Counted from the stretch's first letter, positions 1 to 10,388 are shown. The stretch is 64,000 bases of DNA from an uncultured Pelagibacteraceae bacterium (GCA_902628275.1 CACOMI010000001.1:23226-87225); one strand, 5' to 3'. A program made the numbers and translations. The notes: a model not told the origin generated them from the letters alone.

Positions 1-2
1 AA

Positions 3-167
3 AATCCCTATATTTCAAAAGATCTAAGTATTTTGAAGTACTCTGTTCCTGAATTTATTTCAAAAAATAATAAATTAATGAAATTAATTTATGACATTCA
101 AGATGCAAAGATAGAAGATGGAGGCAGCGGTGCTTTTTATATATTCTTAAAAAAAATTAAAAATAAA
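3..167 (+). CDS. Smr/MutS2-domain protein, C-terminal part (5' end outside window)
   Basis: Manual translation: NPYISKDLSILKYSVPEF...DAKIEDGGSGAFYIFLKKIKK*; GGxGA C-terminal motif of Smr domains; stop overlaps next ATG. Confidence 0.75.
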
Positions 168-1003
168 TGATCGTCTGGATTGCTTCATATCCAAAAAGTG
201 GAAACACTCTTTTGAGATCAATTTTATCGTCTTATTTTTATTCCAGTGATGGTGTTTTTAAATTTGAAAATTTAAAAAAAATAAGTCAGTTTCCAAATAC
301 AAGTCATTTTATGTCCCTAGGTATAGATCCAAATAATGAAATAGAGGTATTTAAAAATTTTATAAATGCACAAAATTTAATAAATAGTGATAAAGAAAAA
401 GTAAAATTTTTTAAAACACATAGTTCATTATCTAGAATGTACGATTGTAATTTTACAGATTTAAATAATACATTAGGTGTGATTTATATTGTTAGAGATC
501 CAAGAAATGTTGTGACTTCTCTAGCGCATCATTTTAATTTAAATATTGATCAAGCAACCGAAACAATTCTTGATAGTGACAGATTTACAGAAAAAACAGC
601 AAAAACTTGTAGAGTCTTTTTAGGATCATGGAATTATAATTATAATTCATGGAAAAATCTTCAAAAACAAAAAAAATACTTATTAATTAAATACGAGGAT
701 CTAATAACTAAAAAAAAAACTGTAATTTTAAGAGTTTTTAAATTTCTTGAGATGTTAGGTATGAAGTTTGAAGTGGATATGATTAAATTAAATAAATCAA
801 TAAAGTCTACTGATTTTTACAAAATGAAAGACAAAGAAAAACAAGAGACATTTTTTGAGGCTGTTATTGATAAAAATGGCAAGAGGAAAAATTTCTTTAA
901 TTTAGGACCTAAAAATGATTGGAGAAAAATTTTAGATCAAAATAATATAGACAAGATAGAAAAAAGACTTCAAAAAGAGATGGTTGAATTAGGTTATTTT
1001 TAA
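167..1003 (+). CDS. PAPS-dependent sulfotransferase (Sulfotransfer_1 family)
   Basis: 5'-PSB motif ASYPKSGNT, KTH, 3'-PB motif IVRDPRNVVTS, KYEDL. Confidence 0.88.
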   Translation: MIVWIASYPKSGNTLLRSILSSYFYSSDGVFKFENLKKISQFPNTSHFMSLGIDPNNEIEVFKNFINAQNLINSDKEKVKFFKTHSSLSRMYDCNFTDLNNTLGVIYIVRDPRNVVTSLAHHFNLNIDQATETILDSDRFTEKTAKTCRVFLGSWNYNYNSWKNLQKQKKYLLIKYEDLITKKKTVILRVFKFLEMLGMKFEVDMIKLNKSIKSTDFYKMKDKEKQETFFEAVIDKNGKRKNFFNLGPKNDWRKILDQNNIDKIEKRLQKEMVELGYF

Positions 1004-1007
1004 GAAT

Positions 1008-2381
1008 TTATAAAATAAATTTCGATAAATCAGTATCTTTAATTAAATTATCAAGATTTTTATTTATATATTCTTTATTTATTATAATTTTTTCACCAGC
1101 ACGATCGGTTGCTGTAAAACTTATTTCATCTAATATTTTTTCGATAATCGTATGTAATCTTCTAGCACCAATATTTTCAACAGTTGAATTTACTTCTGAA
1201 GCTATATTAGCAATGGCATCTATTCCGTCATCAGAGAATTCAAGATCAACATTTTCAGTTTTTAAGAGAGCCATATATTGTTTAATTAAACTAAAATCAG
1301 GCTCTCTTAAAATTCTTTTAAAATCTTTACTTGTTAAAGCCTCTAGTTCAACTCTTATTGGTAATCTACCTTGTAGTTCTGGTAATAAATCAGATGGTTT
1401 AGCGAGTTGAAATGCCCCAGATGCAATAAATAATATATGATCCGTTTTTATTGGACCGTGTTTTGTATTTACAGTAGTCCCCTCAATTAAAGGTAACAAA
1501 TCTCTCTGAACACCTTCTCTTGAAACGTCACCTCCAACTCTATCTGTTCTTGCAGAAATTTTATCTATCTCATCTAAGAAAACTATTCCATTGTTTTCCG
1601 TTGAAAGTTTAGCAGCTTTAATTATTTTGTCTTGTTCTATTAATTTATCTGATTCATCATTGATTAAAATTTCATGGGACTCTTTTACAGTCATTTTTTT
1701 CTTTTTCTCTTTGTTGCCCATGGATTTACCGATCATTTCTCCAATATTTATCATTCCAACATTTGCACCAGGCATACCTGGGATTTCAAAAGAAGCTCCA
1801 CCTGAGCCAGTATCGCTAACAACTATTTCAATCTCGTTATCATCTAAATCGCCGTTTCTTAGTCTTTTTCTAAAACTTTCTCTAGTTGCAAGACTTGCTT
1901 TTTTTCCAACTAAAGCATCTAAAACTTTTTCCTCAGCAGCTTTTTGAGCTTGAGCAAAAACTTCCTTTCTTTTTTTTACTTTTTCCATTGAGATTGCAAT
2001 TTCAATTAAGTCTCTCACGATTTGTTCAACATCTCTTCCAACGTAACCTACTTCTGTAAATCTTGTGGCTTCTACTTTAACAAATGGAGCTTCGGCAAGT
2101 TTTGATAGTCTTCTAGAAATTTCTGTTTTACCTACTCCTGTTGGTCCAATCATTAAAATATTTTTTGGTAAAACTTCATTTTTCATTTCACCTTTAAGTG
2201 CTTGTCTTCTCCATCTATTCCTTAATGCAACAGCAACAGCTCTTTTAGCTTTATTTTGACCTACAACAAATCTATCTAATTCCGATACAATTTCTCTTGG
2301 TGATAAAGAACTTACAAGAGAGGCTTCTTCATTTTTGTTTTTATCTTTTGGATGAAGTTTAGTTACGTTTGATTTATCCAT
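1008..2381 (-). CDS. hslU: ATP-dependent protease ATPase subunit HslU
   Basis: Walker [40 protein letters not shown]. Confidence 0.97.
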   Translation of the reverse strand: MDKSNVTKLHPKDKNKNEEASLVSSLSPREIVSELDRFVVGQNKAKRAVAVALRNRWRRQALKGEMKNEVLPKNILMIGPTGVGKTEISRRLSKLAEAPFVKVEATRFTEVGYVGRDVEQIVRDLIEIAISMEKVKKRKEVFAQAQKAAEEKVLDALVGKKASLATRESFRKRLRNGDLDDNEIEIVVSDTGSGGASFEIPGMPGANVGMINIGEMIGKSMGNKEKKKKMTVKESHEILINDESDKLIEQDKIIKAAKLSTENNGIVFLDEIDKISARTDRVGGDVSREGVQRDLLPLIEGTTVNTKHGPIKTDHILFIASGAFQLAKPSDLLPELQGRLPIRVELEALTSKDFKRILREPDFSLIKQYMALLKTENVDLEFSDDGIDAIANIASEVNSTVENIGARRLHTIIEKILDEISFTATDRAGEKIIINKEYINKNLDNLIKDTDLSKFIL

Positions 2382-2896
2382 TATATCTTCTCAATTTTTA
2401 CATTGTCATTTGTGAAAACACATATGTCGGCTGCAACCTTAATTGCTTTTTTTGCAACTTCTTCTGCAGACATATTTCCTTCTATTAAAACTTTTCCCGC
2501 TGCTAGAGCATAGTTACCACCAGAACCAATTCCAATTACATCCCCTTCAGGTTCTAAAACATCACCTGTTCCTGAAATAATATAACTGTTACTTTTATCC
2601 CCAACAGCCATAAGTGCTTCTAATCTTCTTAAATATTTATCAGTTCTCCAATCTTTTGCGAGTTCAACAGCTGCTCGTGATAAATTACCAGCATGTTTTT
2701 CTAATTTACCTTCTAGTCTTTCAAACAAAGTTAATGCATCTGCAGTTGACCCAGCAAAACCAGCAACAACATCTCTTTTTTCAATTTTTCTAACCTTTGA
2801 AGCGGTGCTCTTTACAACAGTATTTCCCATACTGACTTGTCCGTCTCCAGCAACCACCACTTCATTGTTTTTTCTTACTAGTACAATTGTTGTCAT
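2381..2896 (-). CDS. hslV: ATP-dependent protease peptidase subunit HslV
   Basis: N-terminal MTTI nucleophile, [13 protein letters not shown]; abuts hslU. Confidence 0.97.
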   Translation of the reverse strand: MTTIVLVRKNNEVVVAGDGQVSMGNTVVKSTASKVRKIEKRDVVAGFAGSTADALTLFERLEGKLEKHAGNLSRAAVELAKDWRTDKYLRRLEALMAVGDKSNSYIISGTGDVLEPEGDVIGIGSGGNYALAAGKVLIEGNMSAEEVAKKAIKVAADICVFTNDNVKIEKI

Positions 2897-2903
2897 ACTT
2901 GAT

Positions 2904-2931
2904 AAATGGTAACTATTTTTGATACTTCAAG
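2904..2931 (-). promoter_or_regulatory. Putative RpoH (sigma32) promoter for hslVU
   Basis: Minus strand CTTGAA-N16-CCATTT, ending 7 nt before the hslV ATG; matches the heat-shock consensus. Confidence 0.65.
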
Positions 2932-2985
2932 TGTTCAGACTGATATTGATATAGAGGGATTATGTATGTATACCATTAAAAATAT

Positions 2986-3576
2986 ATGGCAAGAAAAGGA
3001 AAAGTATCTCGGAAAACAAATGAAACTAATATCAATGTTGAGTTAAATATTGATGGTAAAGGTAAGTACCAAATTGACACTGGTATAGGTTTCCTAGATC
3101 ACATGCTCGAGCAACTTTCAAAGCATTCTCTAATCGATTTAAAAGTAAAAGCAAAAGGAGATACACACATAGATCTTCATCATACTACTGAGGATACAGG
3201 AATTGCTATTGGCGAAGCTTTAAAAAAAGCTGCAAAAAAATTTGTGGGAATTAAAAGATATGCTCACATAGTTCTTCCAATGGATGAAACATTAACTAGA
3301 GTTGCAATAGATGTTTCAAACAGGCCTTATTTAATTTGGAAAGTAAAATTAAAAGTTGAGAAACTTGGTGAGATGGACACCGAATTGTTTAAGGAATGGT
3401 TCCAGGCATTTTCACAGGCCGCGGGTATTACAATGCATGTTGAAAATATTTATGGTGATAATAGTCATCACATTATTGAATCTTGTTACAAAGCTTTAGC
3501 AAGGTCACTAAGAGAAGCATTAGAGATGGATCCTAGAAGCAAAAAAAGTATTCCGTCAACTAAAGGCTCATTATAA
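2986..3576 (+). CDS. hisB: Imidazoleglycerol-phosphate dehydratase
   Basis: [31 protein letters not shown] motifs. Confidence 0.97.
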   Translation: MARKGKVSRKTNETNINVELNIDGKGKYQIDTGIGFLDHMLEQLSKHSLIDLKVKAKGDTHIDLHHTTEDTGIAIGEALKKAAKKFVGIKRYAHIVLPMDETLTRVAIDVSNRPYLIWKVKLKVEKLGEMDTELFKEWFQAFSQAAGITMHVENIYGDNSHHIIESCYKALARSLREALEMDPRSKKSIPSTKGSL

Positions 3577-3581
3577 GTTTA

Positions 3582-4208
3582 ATGAACGTCACTATTGTTG
3601 ATTATAATTCGGGCAATATAAGCTCGGTGATAAACTCTTTTAAAGAGGTTGCTAAAGATAAGGTAAATATCGAGGTAACATCAGATTTAAATAAGATAAA
3701 ATCATCAGATAAAGTAGTTTTACCAGGGCAGGGTTCGTTTAAGAGTTGTGTTGATGCACTTAATAATATTAGTGGTTTAGTTGATACATTAAATGAGTTT
3801 GCAATTAACAATAAAAAACCACTTCTTGGAATTTGTGTTGGTTTGCAAATGTTTGCAGATGTTGGTTTTGAAGAAACAGAAACCATGGGTCTTGGTTGGA
3901 TTTCTGGAAAAGTATCAAAAATAGATAACCAAAACGGAAAATATAAACTTCCTCACATTGGCTGGAACGAAATTAACATTGTTAAAGACAGTAAAATTTT
4001 TAAAGATATAGAAAATAATTCTCACATGTATTTTGTTCATAGTTATGAATTCGTACCAGAAGATAAAAAATTAATTTCAGCAACAACAGAGTATTCATCA
4101 AGTATTGTTTGTTCTATTGAAAAAGAAAATATCTTTGGAACTCAATTTCACCCTGAGAAGAGTGATAAAATTGGATTACAAATTATAGAAAATTTTATAA
4201 ATTTATAA
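3582..4208 (+). CDS. hisH: IGP synthase glutamine amidotransferase subunit
   Basis: LPGQG, GICVGLQ, PHIGWN, YFVHSY, QFHPEKS. Confidence 0.96.
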   Translation: MNVTIVDYNSGNISSVINSFKEVAKDKVNIEVTSDLNKIKSSDKVVLPGQGSFKSCVDALNNISGLVDTLNEFAINNKKPLLGICVGLQMFADVGFEETETMGLGWISGKVSKIDNQNGKYKLPHIGWNEINIVKDSKIFKDIENNSHMYFVHSYEFVPEDKKLISATTEYSSSIVCSIEKENIFGTQFHPEKSDKIGLQIIENFINL

Positions 4209-4254
4209 AAATGAAAATCATAGAATTCAATTGTAATTTTATGTACGATTTAAC

Positions 4255-4701
4255 ATGAATAAAAGTTTATTAAACTTGCCAGAATATTATTGCTTTCGAA
4301 CAAATAAAGAGTCTACAGAAAAGGTTTTTAGGCATAGTGATCGCACTACAATAGAGTTTAAGGAATTAGAGTTTATACCACAAATGGGTATGGTACATTC
4401 TTTAAGTCTTTCTGATAGAGAGATTTCTGTTCTTATAGGTGAAAAAGATAAAAAAACAAGCAAAGGCAAAACTCACACAGGGACTATTACGATAACAGAT
4501 GAAGACGTATTTCTGGAAATTGCATATGATCAGAAACAATTTGATCAACTGCTAAGCTATATTGATAAAAATGGAATTAGGAATAACTTACAATTTAATG
4601 CGTCTATAACAGAAAGAGAAGCAAAAAAAAAATTAAATAAGAACTTTGATTATTGTTTAGTAGAAGCATTTAGTATTACACACAATATCGATAAAAAATA
4701 A
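4255..4701 (+). CDS. Hypothetical protein between hisH and hisA
   Basis: 148-aa ORF on the operon strand filling the hisH-hisA gap; no recognisable motif. Confidence 0.7.
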   Translation: MNKSLLNLPEYYCFRTNKESTEKVFRHSDRTTIEFKELEFIPQMGMVHSLSLSDREISVLIGEKDKKTSKGKTHTGTITITDEDVFLEIAYDQKQFDQLLSYIDKNGIRNNLQFNASITEREAKKKLNKNFDYCLVEAFSITHNIDKK

Positions 4702-4715
4702 ACAGATAAATTTAA

Positions 4716-5441
4716 ATGAAAATATTTCCTGCAATAGATATTAAAGATAAAAAATGCGTGAGGCTAGTTAAAGGAGATTTTGATAACAAAACAGAATATG
4801 AGATGTCTCCTATTGAACAAGCAGATAAATACAAAGATTATGGCTTTAAAAACTTACACATAGTTGATTTAGACGGGGCTTTAACTGGCGAAACAGTGAA
4901 TTTAGATATTATTCAAGAAATAGTGAAAAAATTTGATCTTAAAATTGAAATTGGCGGAGGTATCAGAAACTTTGAAAGTATTCAGAAATATACTGATGCT
5001 GGTGTTGAAAAAGTTATTTTGGGTAGTGCTGCCATAAAGGATAAAAATTTTTTAAAAGATGCTTGTCAAAAATTTCCAAATAAAATTGCTTTAGGTTTGG
5101 ATGCAAAAGATGGTTATTTATCTGTCTCAGGCTGGAAAGAAAATTCTAATCAATTAACTTTAGACTATTTAAAAGAAGTGAATGATTACGGTGTAAGTAG
5201 ATTAATTTATACTGATATTAATAGAGATGGAATGAAGCAAAGTCCCAATTTTGAAGAGACAACAAAGGTTGCAGATACTTCTAATTGCCCAGTAATTATA
5301 TCTGGGGGAGTTTCATCAATTGAGGACATTAAAAAAGCTAAAGAATTAAATAATAATAAGATTGAGGGTATAATAGTGGGGAAAGCTATTTATGATGGTG
5401 ATATTAAATTAGATGAATTGGTTAAGGAATTAGATGCTTAA
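4716..5441 (+). CDS. hisA: ProFAR isomerase
   Basis: [29 protein letters not shown]. Confidence 0.96.
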   Translation: MKIFPAIDIKDKKCVRLVKGDFDNKTEYEMSPIEQADKYKDYGFKNLHIVDLDGALTGETVNLDIIQEIVKKFDLKIEIGGGIRNFESIQKYTDAGVEKVILGSAAIKDKNFLKDACQKFPNKIALGLDAKDGYLSVSGWKENSNQLTLDYLKEVNDYGVSRLIYTDINRDGMKQSPNFEETTKVADTSNCPVIISGGVSSIEDIKKAKELNNNKIEGIIVGKAIYDGDIKLDELVKELDA

Positions 5442-6186
5442 AAATAGAATAATACCTTGTTTGGATGTTAAAAATGGACGTGTTGTTAAGGGAATTAATT
5501 TCGTTGATCTGCAGGATGCAGGTGATCCCGTTGAGCAAGCTAAAATTTATTCAGACGGAGGTGCAGATGAAATTTGTTTTTTAGACATTACAGCTTCAAA
5601 TGAAAATAGAGATACTATTTATGATGTAGTTGAAAGAACTTCGAAAAACTGTTTTGTTCCTCTAACAGTAGGTGGCGGTGTTAGAACTGTTGAGGATATT
5701 AATAAATTATTGAATTGTGGTGCCGACAAAGTATCAATTAATACTGCTGCGGTTCAAAACTCAAAAGTGGTTGAAGAAAGCTCCAAAAAGTTTGGCTCAC
5801 AATGTATTGTTGTTGCTATTGATGCAAAAAAAAATGGGGAAAGATGGGAAATATTTACTCATGGAGGAAGAAACTCAACTGGAATTAATGCTATTGAATT
5901 CGCAAATAAAATGGAAAAATGTGGAGCAGGAGAACTACTTGTAACCTCAATGGATAAAGATGGAACTCAATCAGGATACGATATTGAATTAATGACAACA
6001 ATTTCATCAAATGTAAATATTCCAGTAATTGCATCTGGTGGTGTTGGAACATTGGATCACTTGGCTGAAGGTATTAAATCTGGTGCGAGTGCAGTTTTAG
6101 CAGCATCAATTTTTCATTATGGTACATATTCTATTACAGAAGTTAAACAGTATTTGGCTTCAAAAGATATACCTGTTAGAATTTAA
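5434..6186 (+). CDS. hisF: IGP synthase cyclase subunit
   Basis: [31 protein letters not shown]. Confidence 0.97.
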   Translation: MLKNRIIPCLDVKNGRVVKGINFVDLQDAGDPVEQAKIYSDGGADEICFLDITASNENRDTIYDVVERTSKNCFVPLTVGGGVRTVEDINKLLNCGADKVSINTAAVQNSKVVEESSKKFGSQCIVVAIDAKKNGERWEIFTHGGRNSTGINAIEFANKMEKCGAGELLVTSMDKDGTQSGYDIELMTTISSNVNIPVIASGGVGTLDHLAEGIKSGASAVLAASIFHYGTYSITEVKQYLASKDIPVRI

Positions 6187-6187
6187 T

Positions 6188-6460
6188 ATGCTTAAAATTT
6201 TAGAAGAACTTGTATTGCTCGCTAGAGAAAGAAAAAATAATCCTGTCGAAGGTTCTTATACAAATAAACTCTTAAAAGATAAGAATTTAGCTAAGGAAAA
6301 AGTACTTGAGGAAGTAAATGAACTAATAGAAGCTGTTGAAGAAAACTCAAATAAGATACATGAAGCTGCAGATGTTCTTTATCACCTGATGATGTACCTT
6401 GAGGCTAATGATATAAAAATTGAGGAAATTATGGAAGAATTGAATTCTAGAAAAAAATAA
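6188..6460 (+). CDS. hisE: Phosphoribosyl-ATP diphosphatase
   Basis: GSYT, KVLEE, HEAADVLYH; start set at ATG 6188, just after the hisF stop. Confidence 0.92.
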   Translation: MLKILEELVLLARERKNNPVEGSYTNKLLKDKNLAKEKVLEEVNELIEAVEENSNKIHEAADVLYHLMMYLEANDIKIEEIMEELNSRKK

Positions 6461-6467
6461 TACTTAA

Positions 6468-6498
6468 AAAAATACTTATAAATTCTATAAGTATTTTT
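6468..6498. promoter_or_regulatory. 13-bp perfect inverted repeat upstream of mcl (terminator or operator)
   Basis: AAAAATACTTATA-aattc-TATAAGTATTTTT between hisE and mcl, followed by a T-rich tract. Confidence 0.4.
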
Positions 6499-6528
6499 CT
6501 TTTTAAGAAAAGATATACTTTTTTTTAA

Positions 6529-7467
6529 ATGAGCCATAAATTCTATAAATCAGCACGATCAAGATTGCAAAGAAGCGAGTTAGCGGTTCCAGGTTCCTCT
6601 CCACAAATGTTTGAAAAAGCTTTAAATTCTGCTGCTGACTATATTTTTTTAGATTTAGAAGATGCAGTTTCTCCAAATGACAAAATCACAGCAAGAGCAA
6701 ATGTGATTAAAGCTCTAAAAGAAATTAAATGGAAAGAAAAAGGTAAAACAATTTCAGTAAGAATAAACAGTCTTGATACACATTATATGTACAGTGATTT
6801 AGTTGAGATAGTTGAGCAGGCTGGTGAAAATGTTGATACAATTTTAGTCCCTAAGGTTGGAACAGCAAGTGACGTTTATATGGTTGATTGTTTATTGACA
6901 CAAATCGAAACAAATAAAAAATTAAAAAATAAAATCGGAATTGAATGTTTAATCGAAACTGCATTAGGCATGTCTAATATAAAAGAAATTGCTAAATCTA
7001 GCGAAAGACTCGAGGCTTTACATTTTGGTGTTGCAGATTATGCAGCAAGTTTGAGAGCAAGAACTGTAGTTATAGGTGGATTAAATCCAAATTATCCTGG
7101 TGATCAATGGCATCATGGTTTATCTGAATTAGTGATGACTTGTAGAGCTTATGGTTTAAGAGCAATAGATGGGCCATTTGGAGATTTTAATGATCCAGAT
7201 GCTTATATTGCTGCAGCAAAAAGAGGCGCTGCGATTGGAATAGAAGGCAAGTGGGCAATACATCCATCCCAAATAGATCTTGCAAATAAAGTATTTTCAC
7301 CACCAGAGGCAGAGGTTAACAAGGCAAAAAGAATTTTAGAAGAATTAGAAAAAGCTGCAAAAGAAGGAAAAGGAGCTGCACAACTTGATGGCAGAATGAT
7401 CGACGCTGCGTCGGCCAGGATGGCAGAAAATATTGTAAACATTGATAAATTAATCAACAATAAATAA
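6529..7467 (+). CDS. mcl: Malyl-CoA/beta-methylmalyl-CoA lyase (CitE family)
   Basis: RSELAVPGS, FLDLEDAV, RINSLDTHYMY, HFGVADY, EGKWAIHPSQI: Mcl-type signatures. Confidence 0.88.
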   Translation: MSHKFYKSARSRLQRSELAVPGSSPQMFEKALNSAADYIFLDLEDAVSPNDKITARANVIKALKEIKWKEKGKTISVRINSLDTHYMYSDLVEIVEQAGENVDTILVPKVGTASDVYMVDCLLTQIETNKKLKNKIGIECLIETALGMSNIKEIAKSSERLEALHFGVADYAASLRARTVVIGGLNPNYPGDQWHHGLSELVMTCRAYGLRAIDGPFGDFNDPDAYIAAAKRGAAIGIEGKWAIHPSQIDLANKVFSPPEAEVNKAKRILEELEKAAKEGKGAAQLDGRMIDAASARMAENIVNIDKLINNK

Positions 7468-7469
7468 AT

Positions 7470-8633
7470 ATGGATATCCACGAGTATCAAGCAAAAGAAA
7501 TTTTATCTGGTTTTGGAGTAACAATACCTAGGGGTGGAATAGTTTATAGCCCTGAAACAGCAGAAAATAAAGCCAGAGAAATAGGTGGATCTAAGTGGGT
7601 TGTAAAAGCTCAAATACACTCAGGCGCTAGAGGAAAAGCTGGCGGGGTAATTGTTTGTAATTCTCCTTTGGAAGTTGCACAAGCAACAGACAAACTTTTA
7701 GGAAAAAAGCTAGTTACTACTCAGACGGGACCAGAGGGAAAGATTGTAAACAGAATTTATATAGAGGAAGCGACTGACATTGAAAAAGAATTGTATTTAG
7801 GACTTGTTTTTGACAGGGCATCAGAAAGCATAATGGTGGTAGCCTCAACAGAAGGTGGAATGAGTGTTGAGGAAATTGCAAAAGAGAAACCCGATTCAAT
7901 TATAAGATCTAAGATTGAAGTTGCCGTTGGTATTCAAAGTTTTCAAGCAAGAGAGTTAGCATTTGGATTGGGTATTGAGCCAGAGTTAATTAGAAGAGCA
8001 TCAGAAACAATTATTGGATGCGCCAAAGCCTTTAGTGAGTTAGATGCTACAATGGTTGAGGTAAACCCACTAGTAATCTCAAAACAAAAACAAATTTTAG
8101 CCTTAGATTGTAAAATGAGTTTTGATAATAATGCGATGTTTAGAAGAGATAAAGTTTCTGAACTAAGAGACAAAACACAAGAAGATGAAAAAGAAGTTTA
8201 TGCATCTGATAGAGGTTTAAATTATGTAAGTTTAGAGGGAAATATTGGAAACATCATTAATGGCGCAGGATTAGCAATGGCATCCATGGATATGATTAAA
8301 TTAGCAGGAGGTGAACCTGCAAATTTTCTTGATGTAGGTGGAGGAGCAACTCCTGAAAAAATTGTAAAAGCATTTAGGCTAATCACTATGGATAAAAAAG
8401 TTAAAGTTATTCTAGTTAATATCTTTGCTGGTATAAACAGATGTGATTGGGTTGCGGAGGGAATAGTTCAAGCTTTAGAAAAAATTAAGATAGGCGTTCC
8501 ATTAGTTATAAGATTAGCAGGAACAAATGTTGAAAAGGGGAATAAAATTCTTCGTGAAAGTAAATTAAATTATATTGAGGCAAATACCTTAGAAGATGCT
8601 GCTAATAAAGCGGTAGCAGCATTAAATAAATAA
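7470..8633 (+). CDS. mtkA: Malate-CoA ligase (malate thiokinase) large/beta subunit
   Basis: SucC fold, but with GARGKAGG and NIFAGINRCDWVAEG typical of MtkA rather than SucC; adjacent to mcl. Confidence 0.82.
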   Translation: MDIHEYQAKEILSGFGVTIPRGGIVYSPETAENKAREIGGSKWVVKAQIHSGARGKAGGVIVCNSPLEVAQATDKLLGKKLVTTQTGPEGKIVNRIYIEEATDIEKELYLGLVFDRASESIMVVASTEGGMSVEEIAKEKPDSIIRSKIEVAVGIQSFQARELAFGLGIEPELIRRASETIIGCAKAFSELDATMVEVNPLVISKQKQILALDCKMSFDNNAMFRRDKVSELRDKTQEDEKEVYASDRGLNYVSLEGNIGNIINGAGLAMASMDMIKLAGGEPANFLDVGGGATPEKIVKAFRLITMDKKVKVILVNIFAGINRCDWVAEGIVQALEKIKIGVPLVIRLAGTNVEKGNKILRESKLNYIEANTLEDAANKAVAALNK

Positions 8634-8634
8634 A

Positions 8635-9522
8635 ATGGCAATTATAATTGAAAAAAATACAAAAATTTTAATTCAAGGTTTCACTGGAAAGATGGGAACG
8701 TTTCATGCTGAAGAAATGATAAAATATGGATCAAACGTTGTAGGTGGTGTTACTCCTGGAAAGGGTGGGCAAAAACATTTAGATAGGCCTGTATTTAATA
8801 CTGTTAAAGATGCTGTACAACAAACTGGTGCTACAGCATCAATTCTTTTTGTGCCACCAGCTTTTGCAGCAGACTCAGCAATGGAAGCGGCAGATGCAGG
8901 TATTAAAACCTGTGTTGCTATAGTTGATGGTATACCATCACATGATATGATTAAAATTAAAAGATATATGAAAAGATATTCCCGAAATGAAAAAATGACA
9001 TTAGTTGGCCCAAATTGTGCTGGAATTATTAGCCCCGGAAAGTCAATGTTAGGAATTATGCCGGGTCACATTTATAAAGAAGGAAGAGTTGGAATTATAA
9101 GCAGATCTGGTACGCTTGGTTATGAAGCAGCAGAGCAAATGAAAAATTTAGGCATCGGAGTTTCTACAAGTGTTGGAATAGGAGGAGATCCAATTAATGG
9201 GAGTTCATTCAGGGATATAATTGAAAAATTTGAGAAAGATGATGAAACCGATGTAATATTAATGATAGGTGAAATTGGAGGCCCTCAAGAAGTGGCGGCA
9301 GGAGAGTTTGCAAAAGAAAATATGAAAAAACCAGTTATTGGATATATAGCGGGACTTACAGCACCAAAAGGCAGAGTAATGGGTCACGCAGGAGCAATTG
9401 TTTCTGCATATGGTGAAAGTGCAATCGAAAAAGTTGAGATATTAAAAGATTGTGGAGTTATTATTTCCAAAAATCCATCGGTGATGGGTGATACAGTTAA
9501 ATCTGTACTAAAAAAAATGTAA
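8635..9522 (+). CDS. mtkB: Malate-CoA ligase small/alpha subunit
   Basis: SucD fold: GTFHAEEM, GGVTPGKGG, GPNC, SRSGTL, MGHAGA phospho-His motif. Confidence 0.8.
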   Translation: MAIIIEKNTKILIQGFTGKMGTFHAEEMIKYGSNVVGGVTPGKGGQKHLDRPVFNTVKDAVQQTGATASILFVPPAFAADSAMEAADAGIKTCVAIVDGIPSHDMIKIKRYMKRYSRNEKMTLVGPNCAGIISPGKSMLGIMPGHIYKEGRVGIISRSGTLGYEAAEQMKNLGIGVSTSVGIGGDPINGSSFRDIIEKFEKDDETDVILMIGEIGGPQEVAAGEFAKENMKKPVIGYIAGLTAPKGRVMGHAGAIVSAYGESAIEKVEILKDCGVIISKNPSVMGDTVKSVLKKM

Positions 9523-9888
9523 ATGACTTACGACGATCAAAACATATTTGCAAAAATTTTACGTGGAGAGATACCTTGTAATAAAATTTATGAGGACAAT
9601 TTCGTTTTAGCATTTCACGACATAAATCCACAAAAAAAAATTCATGCTCTAGTAGTTCCAAAGGGAAAATATATTGATTTAGATGATTTTAGTCTAAATG
9701 CGTCTTCTCAAGAGATGGTAGGGCTGTTTAAAGGTATAAATACTGTTGCAAAAAAACTTGGTATCTCAACAGAAGTAGGCAAAGGCTATAGAGCTTTAGC
9801 CAACATAAGCGACCACGGTGGCCAAGAAGTGCCTCATTTACATTTTCATTTATTTGGAGGAGAAAAATTAGGAAAAATGGTTGAGTGA
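9523..9888 (+). CDS. HIT (histidine triad) nucleotide-binding protein
   Basis: NIFAKIL, GQEVPHLHFHLFGG. Confidence 0.93.
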   Translation: MTYDDQNIFAKILRGEIPCNKIYEDNFVLAFHDINPQKKIHALVVPKGKYIDLDDFSLNASSQEMVGLFKGINTVAKKLGISTEVGKGYRALANISDHGGQEVPHLHFHLFGGEKLGKMVE

Positions 9889-10388
9889 CAGAGGAAGTTG
9901 AAAGAAATTATTTAGAGATAAATTCACTTCAAGATCTTAAAGAAGTAAATAAACCATCAGAGGATTATTCTTTATGCTTAATTAATCCAATTAATTTTCA
10001 AATAAACAAATTTTTCTACAAAAATATTGGTAAAAACCATAAATGGATAGATAGATTGTCTTGGTCAGAGGAAAAATGGATTACTTATGTTACAAGTGAA
10101 AATGTTCAAACGTATATCTTCAAATTTAAGAATGACTTAGTAGGTTTTTTTGAGTTAGTTTTTCATCCAGAAAAAAATGAGATTGAAATTGCTTATTTTG
10201 GAATATTAGAGGAATATCAAAATAAAAAATTAGGCTCATATTTGTTATCTGAAGCTATTAAAAAATCTTTTCAAAATAATATCAATCGTGTTTGGGTTCA
10301 CACATGCTCATTAGATCACAAAAATGCTCTAAATAATTATGTTGCAAGAGGAATGAAGATATTTAAAACCGAAATTTTAAATATTTAG
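9885..10388 (+). CDS. GNAT family N-acetyltransferase
   Basis: YFGILEEYQNKKLG acetyl-CoA motif, VWVHTCSLDH, NYVARG; GTG start. Confidence 0.85.
   Translation: MTEEVERNYLEINSLQDLKEVNKPSEDYSLCLINPINFQINKFFYKNIGKNHKWIDRLSWSEEKWITYVTSENVQTYIFKFKNDLVGFFELVFHPEKNEIEIAYFGILEEYQNKKLGSYLLSEAIKKSFQNNINRVWVHTCSLDHKNALNNYVARGMKIFKTEILNI

Noticed and set aside
1213-2259. Antisense and alternate-frame ORFs inside hslU, and similar ones inside hisH, mcl, mtkA, ftsK, acs, mscS, folD, argG, ccmC/F and the oxidase genes
   Set aside because: Fully nested in well-supported genes, no motifs; typical shadow ORFs
6119-6187. N-terminal extension of HisE
   Set aside because: Overlaps hisF; ATG 6188 gives a normal-length HisE
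7470-9522. Annotation as ordinary sucCD
   Set aside because: MtkA-type motifs (GARGK, FAGINRCDW), adjacency to mcl and absence of mdh/sucAB neighbours favour malate thiokinase
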